A stretch of 59,554 bases of DNA, taken from Promethearchaeota archaeon (lineage in GTDB: Archaea > Asgardarchaeota > Lokiarchaeia > Sigyniarchaeales > SOKP01). The notes below the pieces were generated by a model. The model was not told the DNA's origin. It ran no database searches and saw only the letters and a program-made list of their open reading frames with translations. Position numbers and translations under genes: made by a program. The DNA is taken from positions 1-59,554 of the forward strand of contig JAGXNP010000002.1 in assembly GCA_019894885.1 (NCBI GenBank), given 5' to 3'. Position 1 is the first letter of the stretch. Each line of letters opens with the position of its first letter. Shown here in pieces: positions 26,912-34,841 of this stretch.

Positions 26912-28774
26912 ATGAGAAGAAAAAGTTTTTTCATTATATTTATTGGATTTTTATCTTTTATAATCGTATTCTCAGCTATTCAAGATGATTTTTCATATAA
27001 TTATCAACATGATTTATTAGTTGAAGACCCTCAACAATCAAGGACTTTAGAAGGAGCAGATAACCTTTTAGTGGTGAATATGGTAAGAACCACTAATTTA
27101 AGTTCCTATGGTTTAGTAAATATAAAAGATAGGCTAACAATCTTAAATAATAATAACAATCCGATTAATTCAATTTTATTTGGATTAAAGGTTGAACATT
27201 CAAATGATTTAATTTATTTTAACGCTTTTGGTGAAGCAAAGAACACACTTTTAATCGAAAGATCCCACGAAATAATGGACATTTACGAAATGATAACTAT
27301 TTATTTTGATATGCCTTTACTACCATCGCAAAAAATTACTTTTACTGTTTTGCATTCATATACGAATTTAATATCTTATCAGTTTGCTTTTATTGAAGAA
27401 GATATCACTCAACTTTTAGTATTTAAAGGATCATTGTTTCCTCTTTTACCCTATAAGAGCGAAGGAAACATTAAATCAAATTATCTGTTACCAGAAGGGT
27501 CAACGTTATATTCTCATACACAAATTGGGCCAATGGGAGTTCCGTTGGAGGGAACTAATGTATTATACGATTTAGAAGCAAATTTAGAAATTAACTATTT
27601 AGAGCCCTTTTTACTAAACTTAGATGAGAATAACGAAACAACTATTTCTGTAGACGATAGGTTATCATCAAAATTAGAAATAGAAAAGATAAACAAGGAT
27701 ATTTACATATCTCCCTGGGGTATTATTAAAAATATTGAAGAAATTACGATTGAAAATGCTGGAATTGTTGAAGTTGCTCTATTATCAATGAAAATTCCAA
27801 TCGATGCAATAAATGTAAAAGTTTATGACGATCTGGGAGAGGTCTTAGGAGTATCCCTTATAGATTCTATTGATGATGTTTCAACAAAAATTGTTTCTAT
27901 TCAATTATACCAGAATAGAGTTTCGCTGACACCGGCATCAAAATTTAAGTTTTTTCTAGAATATTATCTACCCCCTGAAAAATATATATCCTACAATTGG
28001 CTACAACAATCCATTTCAATAAACTTACTTACGACAAAATATGAATATTTAATATACGAACAAACTACCAATGTATTTATCGAAGGTTGTGCTAGTGTTG
28101 ACTATATGTCTTCACTACCAGAAGCTTTGCATAACTCAGGAAATTCCAAAGTTTTAGTATACAGCACAGAAAACATAAGTCCAATAGTAAAGAAAAATGT
28201 ACTCCTTACTTTTACTATTGATTTATTTGAAATATTTCTTAGACCTGTTGTGTTCGTTATGATCATTGCCTTATTGTCATCTATTTTCGTTCTAGCAATT
28301 AAAACTCTAAAAAGAGAGGAACAAGTATCGATCTTCAAAAAAGAATTCATCCCAACAAGTGAAATTAGAGAATTTTGTTCATTGTACGAAGAGAGCAATG
28401 CATTAGTGTTAGAAATTAGAAAAGCAGAAAGTGAGACAAAACGCAAGAAATTAGCAAAAAAGACTTATAAAAATTTATTAAGCAAAAACACGTCAAAAAT
28501 TGACCAGATTAAAGAAGAAATAAACCCTTTTAAGAAAATATTGATGGAGACTAACGATACATTCAATAATATTGTAAAAAGACTTGATGTGTTAGATGCC
28601 GAAAGAATTAGTATTTCGGATAGCTTAAATCTCTTGGAGACTCGATATAAAAGAGGAAAATTACCTTCTAAAGCAGCCTACCAAAAATTATCAATTGATT
28701 TCTTCAATAGACGAAAAAAATTAGATAGAACGATCGATAAGTATATTCAACAGCTAAGAAGTTATTTATTGTAA
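26912..28774 (+). CDS. Ribophorin I (OST1)-like protein
   Basis: ATG at 26912 is preferred to the TTG at 26876. Signal anchor, ~430-aa lumenal-type domain, one TM ([18 protein letters not shown]), ~150-aa charged coiled tail, the same layout as RPN1/Ost1. Local matches to human RPN1: [22 protein letters not shown] vs [23 protein letters not shown], and [12 protein letters not shown] vs VSHWGNIAVEE. Confidence 0.65.
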   Translation: [620 protein letters not shown]

Positions 28775-28797
28775 ATGACAAAAATTTCGGTGAATAA

Positions 28798-29421
28798 ATG
28801 AGACCGTGGTTGTGCGACATTTTAGCTTGTCCGATTGATAAATTTTTTCCTCTAGAGTTGATAATCTTTTCTTTTGAAACAAACGAAAATATTTTTAAAG
28901 AAATATTAGAAGCGTATGATAAGAAAGACTTAATTAGTATTAAAAAGGAAAATGTTATTGAAATTGAGCAAAAAAATGAAGAATTACTTCTGAAAGACGA
29001 AATCGTGATTGAAAAAAGTAAACTTGGTATTTATATAAATAAAATAATTTCTAGTGTTAAAGAAGTAGATAGTATACGCGATAAATCTTCATTTGAGCTA
29101 AGTAAACGATGTATTCACATTATACAAAATGATATAAAACAAAAAATAAAAGCATTCTCAAACAATGTGATAAATAAACAAATTGATACTATTTTGCCAG
29201 AATTATATTTATTAAACAAATTCAAAACTGAAATTGAAATTGAAACGGGTATATTGTTCTGTTCTCAGTGTAAGAGATGGTTCCCAATCATCGAAACTAT
29301 TCCGCAGATGTTACCAGATGAATATAGAGATGAAGAAGCAGATATTCTATTTCTGAAAACCAATAAAAATTTATTAGATAACACATTTTTTAAACAAAAT
29401 TTAAAACCATTTAATCTATAA
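28798..29421 (+). CDS. Trm112-like methyltransferase-activator protein with large inserted domain
   Basis: N-terminal WLCDILACPIDKFFPLEL and C-terminal ILFCSQCKRWFPIIETIPQMLPDE form the split Trm112 zinc-knuckle/beta signature. A ~120-aa helical insert lies between them. GGTGA SD upstream. Confidence 0.55.
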   Translation: MRPWLCDILACPIDKFFPLELIIFSFETNENIFKEILEAYDKKDLISIKKENVIEIEQKNEELLLKDEIVIEKSKLGIYINKIISSVKEVDSIRDKSSFELSKRCIHIIQNDIKQKIKAFSNNVINKQIDTILPELYLLNKFKTEIEIETGILFCSQCKRWFPIIETIPQMLPDEYRDEEADILFLKTNKNLLDNTFFKQNLKPFNL

Positions 29422-29435
29422 AAAATAATTGTTAA

Positions 29436-29537
29436 AGCCCGGTGGTGTAGTGGCCAAGCATCTGGGGCCTTGAACCCCGTGACCACGGTTCGAAATTTAT
29501 CGAGTCATCTCGATAATCGAAACTCCGTGCCGGGCTA
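29436..29537 (+). tRNA. tRNA-Gln (anticodon UUG) with 29-nt intron at T-loop position 59/60
   Basis: Hand-folded. Acceptor AGCCCGG/CCGGGCT (A1:U72), U8, A14, G18G19, D-stem GUGU/GCAU, anticodon stem UGGGG/CCCCG, loop CCUUGAA, T-stem CACGG/CCGUG, discriminator A. Intron 29495-29523 is framed by a canonical hBHBh' motif. The spliced T-loop is UUCGAAU. No encoded CCA. Confidence 0.85.
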
Positions 29538-29609
29538 ATTATACCTTTATTTAAAAAGATTTATTTGATTACGAGAACAAAAAATTAATCCAAAACTAAA
29601 TGATTTAAT

Positions 29610-30956
29610 ATGATTCGGCTATCCTCTATGAATTGGGGTATTTTAGAAACAATTTACCTAGTTATATCTTTCATTGTTGGATTTGTTATAACATTAGTAA
29701 TTATCCCTTATATCATAAGAATCATGAAACGGAAAGGATATACAGGGATAGATATACATAAGACATTAAAAACTGAAGTTCCCGAATCTGGTGGGATTTC
29801 TATTATCATTGGTATATCAATTACTGCTATTTTACTGACTATATTTTTCCCAGATTTCTTTAATGAAATCTTGATTTTTGTTTTAACAGTAGTAATTTCT
29901 GGTTTTATTGGTTATATAGATGACAGAATCAAATTAAGATCAAGATACAAGCTGTTGTTAACAATTTTAACAGGAATAGTGATATTTTTAGCAAACTCTG
30001 TTGGTTTTATACAAATCGAATCTCCTACAATTCCCTTTTTGGGAAAATTAAGATTAAATGTTTTATATCCAATTCTCGTTCCTTTGATCGTTGCTGTTTT
30101 TGCTAATACAGTCAATATGTTAGAAGGATACAATGGTGAAGGCTCAGGGACATCGATTATTGCTTTATTTTCCTTGATGATTTGCTCTATTATATGGGAC
30201 TCCGCAGAAGGTTTATTATTTACAGTTATATCTTTAGCAATATTAATACCATTTTTCTTATATAACAAGTTTCCAGCTAAAATTTTTCCAGGGGATGTTG
30301 GAACACTAAGTATTGGAGCAATTTTTGCTTCTATCGCTCTGATTGGTTCTCTTGAATCAGCAGTTTTTTGTGCATTACTTATTCATATATTTAATAGCTT
30401 TTATGTCATTTATTCTGTAAAGGGGTTTTTCGAAAGTAGTGAAATTTCAGACAATAGAAGCGACATTTTATTATTAGAAAACGATTTTATAAAGGCTTCA
30501 GATCTAAAAAGCGCTGCTTTGACATTACCTCGGTTAATATTAGCTAAAGGACCAATGAAAGAACCAGATTTAGTCAAAAACTTCTACATAATTACGATAA
30601 TTTGTGGATTTTTTGCTATTTTAACCACGCTATTGATGGTTTCAACAACAACTCTTATCACAATAGCGATAATATGTGGTTTTTTTGGATTAATTACGGT
30701 AATTTTGTTGTATAAGTATCCTAGAATAAGGGGGATAGTAGTTCTCATGTTAATTTTAATCTTAGTAGGGTATTTATATCTTGTTGCTATTGATTTATTT
30801 ATCATCCCCATAGATTTTATAGATATTAATATTTTTGGTTTAGTAATACCTACTAATATTCTAATATCCTTAATTATAGTAATACCTGGACTTTTACTGT
30901 GGTATTATATCACTATTAAATACTTTTGGTCTGAAATTAATAAAATGAAGAAATAA
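29610..30956 (+). CDS. UDP-GlcNAc:dolichyl-phosphate GlcNAc-1-phosphate transferase (ALG7/AglH, MraY-WecA superfamily) with extra C-terminal TM region
   Basis: 448 aa, polytopic. GYIDDRIKL, NTVNMLEGYNGEGSG and FPGDVGTLSIGA motifs of polyprenyl-P sugar-1-P transferases. The last ~130 aa add extra TM helices. Confidence 0.75.
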   Translation: MIRLSSMNWGILETIYLVISFIVGFVITLVIIPYIIRIMKRKGYTGIDIHKTLKTEVPESGGISIIIGISITAILLTIFFPDFFNEILIFVLTVVISGFIGYIDDRIKLRSRYKLLLTILTGIVIFLANSVGFIQIESPTIPFLGKLRLNVLYPILVPLIVAVFANTVNMLEGYNGEGSGTSIIALFSLMICSIIWDSAEGLLFTVISLAILIPFFLYNKFPAKIFPGDVGTLSIGAIFASIALIGSLESAVFCALLIHIFNSFYVIYSVKGFFESSEISDNRSDILLLENDFIKASDLKSAALTLPRLILAKGPMKEPDLVKNFYIITIICGFFAILTTLLMVSTTTLITIAIICGFFGLITVILLYKYPRIRGIVVLMLILILVGYLYLVAIDLFIIPIDFIDINIFGLVIPTNILISLIIVIPGLLLWYYITIKYFWSEINKMKK

Positions 30957-31070
30957 ATTTGACTAAAATAAAGAGGTTTAACCTAGATTTTTTCCCAAAA
31001 ATGATATATGAATTTTTATCATTAAGTAAATTGATCATATTCAAAAATTATTAAATTAAAGGAATGAAGG

Positions 31071-33614
31071 ATGAAAAAAATCGCTCGCTTTGGTTTATTT
31101 ATTATCTTTCTATTATCTACCATTTCTTTTTCGCTAATTTCAATTTCTCTTCTAGATGCTTGGATTGTGATATTAGGTGATTGGATTTTTTATGCCCTTT
31201 TCATTTTTTACTTGTTATCCGTTGAAGAATTATATAGATGGGCTAAAAGTAGTAAAAGAAGCGAATTGAGCGATTTTGTTGCTCTTCTTTTCTTTTTTTT
31301 TCTCATTTTATTTATTTCAAAAGATGTCTTCACTTCAATTATGGGAGCATTTTCAATATACCTATGGTTTGGTATAGCAGAATTGAAAGATTATCCGGTT
31401 TTGAATAAACTTTTAATAATTTCTTTGGTAACTTATAATGTAATTTTTGTCTCGGGAATTATATCGAGTATTATTAGTAACCCAATTGTAATAAACACAG
31501 CTTTTTCCTTTTCATTTTGGATAATTTTAGGATTAGGATTTATTTTATTTGGTCGAAAATATATTGTTATTTGGAGATTTATGTCACCTGAATATTTAAC
31601 ACTATTTCTTTATATTATTGCTTGGTTAGCTATTGTATTTATTAACCAATATACTCCTCTTAATTTTATCTCACAGAAAGCTTTGCTTTTTAACACATTC
31701 TCCGTCGGGGAACTTTTTTTGAATGTGTATACTATATTAATGGCGATAAATTGGATTATTTATTTCATTTCTGGACCAATTTTAGATTTTATGCTTGGAA
31801 TTAAACCACTTAAGGATAAAAGACTATTAGATTTAATTGAAGAAGTAAAATCAGACCTTGGAATAAAAGGAAAAGTAAAAGTTGGGATAGGGAATTATCC
31901 AATAATAAATGCTATGGCATATGGTTCGTTTTTTGATAAACGAATTGCCCTTATCGCAGAAAATTATAAATTAGTACCCGAAGATGAAATAAAAGGTATA
32001 ATTGCTCATGAATTAGCACATACCAAGGGAAAGCACACTTTAATCTTGACTTTTTTAACTACTGGCGACTTAATCTTTAGAATGCTATTTGGTATTCCTG
32101 CTACATATTACGATTATACATTTGGTAATCCTCAGCTTCCCTTTATATTTTATATTTTGTTAAACATACTTATATATATAATCTTGTTTATGTTTGTTAG
32201 AATATTAGAAGGGAAAGCCGACCAAAAAACAAAAAAAATTGGATACGCTAAAGAACTCGTAAAAGCCCTGTATAATTTGGAAAGCTTCTATGCTACTGGA
32301 CGTGAATTTGGATTGAACATGATGCTTTTAAGCGAAGAAAAAATTACACAAAATAATGAAATTTTAAATTACCTAGATACAGCAGATTATATTAACAAAT
32401 CAATAATTAAACCAAAAAGGAGCTCTCTGATTAGCAATATCATAAACTCTCATCCACTCACATATCATAGAATTGCTGCTATCCTAGATGATACATTAAA
32501 ACCAACAAAAGAGATGCTCCTCCCTTTTTTGTGCTTAAAAAAATCAAATCAAAAACATTATGCTAAACTGTTTGAAAAGGCACGCGTTAAATTTAAAGTT
32601 ATAGCTAGCGAAAAATTTAAAGAATATTTCAATATCAGTGATATTTCTGCTTATATGCAAAATTTAAACAGAATCGAACTCTATAAACTGGAACTCGAAA
32701 AGGATTTTATCTTTAAACATAAGATTACAGATGAAATTATTGTAGGTAAATTAGAAAGTGTAAGATTTAATGATGATGTATGTGAAATCGACGAATACAT
32801 CGTGAAAGAATTCAAAAACAATAATAAAATCCATCTAAATTCTTCAGAATATTCTAAGTCTCAAATTTCACTAAGGGACGATTATTTTTTGGAAAAAGAA
32901 GGCATCTTAAATCTTATAGATATAGATATAAGTTCGGATCAAATGAAAGCTGATTATGTTTTTTTGGATAAAGATGGTCATAAGATTTTTAAACGGTTAA
33001 AGAAAACGAAATTACCTAATTCTATATCGACAATTAAAATGTTTACTGATAAAGATATTTTTTTCAATACAAAAGGAGAAACAATAATACTTAGATGTTT
33101 GAAAGTAGAAATTTCACAGAATTTTAAAAATTCTAAATTATATTTTGAAATGCTCCCTCAAAATGATGGAGATAAAACATTTCATTATAAACTTCAGGAT
33201 TTGATAATTAAGCCCAAAAATACCTATATTATGTTAAACAGAAATAAAACAGTTCGAAAATCAGAATTAGAAATTTTTGATTGGTTGATAGAAAAACAGC
33301 TTAGAACTTATATTTATTTGAAAAAACCAGTCAATAACTTAGAAATAGGCTATATTCAAGATATAAAATTAGATATTGAAAATTTAAAAAAGAAACCGGA
33401 TCAGGGAAAAAGTGAGGTATCTAATTACATAACCATCAAAAATATATTCAATAAAAACATAAAAATACCTTATAAATCGTTAGAAGCCTTATCCTTCGAA
33501 TACATTACAGGTAACATTCAAAAGAAGTCAGAGACGAGCATTTTTAGTAAATTAGGTTATATTATATTGAAAAAATTCAAACCCGAAAAGATTTTTTATC
33601 TCAACAAAGTTTAA
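31071..33614 (+). CDS. M48-family (HtpX/Ste24-like) zinc metallopeptidase with multi-TM N-terminus and ~350-aa soluble C-terminal region
   Basis: 847 aa. HELAHTKGKH (HExxH) preceded by NAMAYG, as in M48. About 7 TM before and 2 after the active site. Lys/Asn-rich C-terminal region of unknown fold. Confidence 0.7.
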   Translation: MKKIARFGLFIIFLLSTISFSLISISLLDAWIVILGDWIFYALFIFYLLSVEELYRWAKSSKRSELSDFVALLFFFFLILFISKDVFTSIMGAFSIYLWFGIAELKDYPVLNKLLIISLVTYNVIFVSGIISSIISNPIVINTAFSFSFWIILGLGFILFGRKYIVIWRFMSPEYLTLFLYIIAWLAIVFINQYTPLNFISQKALLFNTFSVGELFLNVYTILMAINWIIYFISGPILDFMLGIKPLKDKRLLDLIEEVKSDLGIKGKVKVGIGNYPIINAMAYGSFFDKRIALIAENYKLVPEDEIKGIIAHELAHTKGKHTLILTFLTTGDLIFRMLFGIPATYYDYTFGNPQLPFIFYILLNILIYIILFMFVRILEGKADQKTKKIGYAKELVKALYNLESFYATGREFGLNMMLLSEEKITQNNEILNYLDTADYINKSIIKPKRSSLISNIINSHPLTYHRIAAILDDTLKPTKEMLLPFLCLKKSNQKHYAKLFEKARVKFKVIASEKFKEYFNISDISAYMQNLNRIELYKLELEKDFIFKHKITDEIIVGKLESVRFNDDVCEIDEYIVKEFKNNNKIHLNSSEYSKSQISLRDDYFLEKEGILNLIDIDISSDQMKADYVFLDKDGHKIFKRLKKTKLPNSISTIKMFTDKDIFFNTKGETIILRCLKVEISQNFKNSKLYFEMLPQNDGDKTFHYKLQDLIIKPKNTYIMLNRNKTVRKSELEIFDWLIEKQLRTYIYLKKPVNNLEIGYIQDIKLDIENLKKKPDQGKSEVSNYITIKNIFNKNIKIPYKSLEALSFEYITGNIQKKSETSIFSKLGYIILKKFKPEKIFYLNKV

Positions 33615-33642
33615 TTGGCATGCTTCTCTTTAAAATCTAATA

Positions 33643-34572
33643 ATGACCAGTAAAATTAGAAGCATTTCCCACCTTCTGCGAGTAAGACAATATTATAAAA
33701 ATGTTTTAATCTTCGTTGGTGTGTTTTTTAGTAGGAAAATTTTTGATACTACGCTTTTTTTCCCACTAATATTAGGATTTATTTTGCTATGCTGCGCTTC
33801 TTCTTTCAACTATATTATTAACGACATCGTAGATGTAGAACACGATAAAAAGCATCAAGAAAAAATGAATAAAAAACCCTTAGCGTCTGGAGAACTACCA
33901 ATGTATTTCGCAGCGTTACTTTTAATAGTGATTGTAGGTATTATAGTTTTCTCTGTTATATTTTTAATTCCAAATATTAGTTTTATAACTATGTTAATTC
34001 TCATCATCTTAACGGGGCAACTTTATAATTATTTCTTTAAAAATTATGCATTTATCGATATATTGGTCTTATCCACGGGGTATCTATGGAGAGCATTATC
34101 TGGAGTCCTTATAATAAACGAATACATCTCCGCTTGGTTATTTTTAGCAATATTCGAAATCGCTATGTTTTTAAGCATTGCTAAAAGAAAGGGTGATCTG
34201 TTATATCTTGGGAAGGATAAAGCAGTTGAGCATAAAAGAGTTTACGATCAATACTCTCTAAAACTTCTAGAACAATTTTATGTTCTAATTGCGGGATCTT
34301 TATTTATGACTTATTCTCTTTATCTCATTTTAAAATTTAACCTTTTCGAACCTACTATAAATCTACAAGAATATATAGTAATTTTTACGATTCCTATTTC
34401 TCTCTATATTATTATGCGGTTTATGTATTTAACTTCCTCTAAACCTGAATTAGCAAGGAGAACCGAAAAAGCCTTTTTAGATAAAGGCATAATTATCTCA
34501 GGGATTTTACTTTTTTTGATCCTTTTTTCCTCATTTTATTTTGATAAAATAATAACTTTTTTTATTGGTTAG
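33643..34572 (+). CDS. UbiA-superfamily prenyltransferase, decaprenyl-phosphate phosphoribosyltransferase (DPPR synthase)-like
   Basis: 309 aa, 8-9 TM. YIINDIVDVEHDKKHQEKMNKKPLASGEL resembles the NDxxDxxxDxxHxxKxxRPxASG motif of the DPPR-synthase subfamily. Confidence 0.7.
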   Translation: MTSKIRSISHLLRVRQYYKNVLIFVGVFFSRKIFDTTLFFPLILGFILLCCASSFNYIINDIVDVEHDKKHQEKMNKKPLASGELPMYFAALLLIVIVGIIVFSVIFLIPNISFITMLILIILTGQLYNYFFKNYAFIDILVLSTGYLWRALSGVLIINEYISAWLFLAIFEIAMFLSIAKRKGDLLYLGKDKAVEHKRVYDQYSLKLLEQFYVLIAGSLFMTYSLYLILKFNLFEPTINLQEYIVIFTIPISLYIIMRFMYLTSSKPELARRTEKAFLDKGIIISGILLFLILFSSFYFDKIITFFIG

Positions 34573-34841
34573 GGTAATCATTTTTATAGGTTTAATTTCA
34601 AATATATTAATTAATCATATATTAGGTCAGGAAATTTCGTTTTTCTCAATTTATTTTTCTAAATGTAGATCGCTTCATCCAATGAAATATAGAAATCCTA
34701 TGGAATTATATCTTAAAAAAAAAATTGGATATCAAATTATAGATTGTATGAAATTTTCATTATTTTTCCTGATAATTTATTTGCTTTATCTTTAATTCAA
34801 ATAAATTAAATACAAAATAGTTTTAAAAAAATTAAATAAAC

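Noticed and set aside
31071-33614. 847-aa polytopic protein considered as the missing AglB/STT3 oligosaccharyltransferase
   Set aside because: It contains an HExxH M48 peptidase site and lacks the WWDYG and DxD/DK motifs of STT3/AglB.
34565-34795. 76-aa ORF overlapping the end of the UbiA gene
   Set aside because: It has a non-ATG start inside the UbiA stop region, a hydrophobic AT-rich translation, and no SD or motif. It is probably 3' UTR/terminator sequence.
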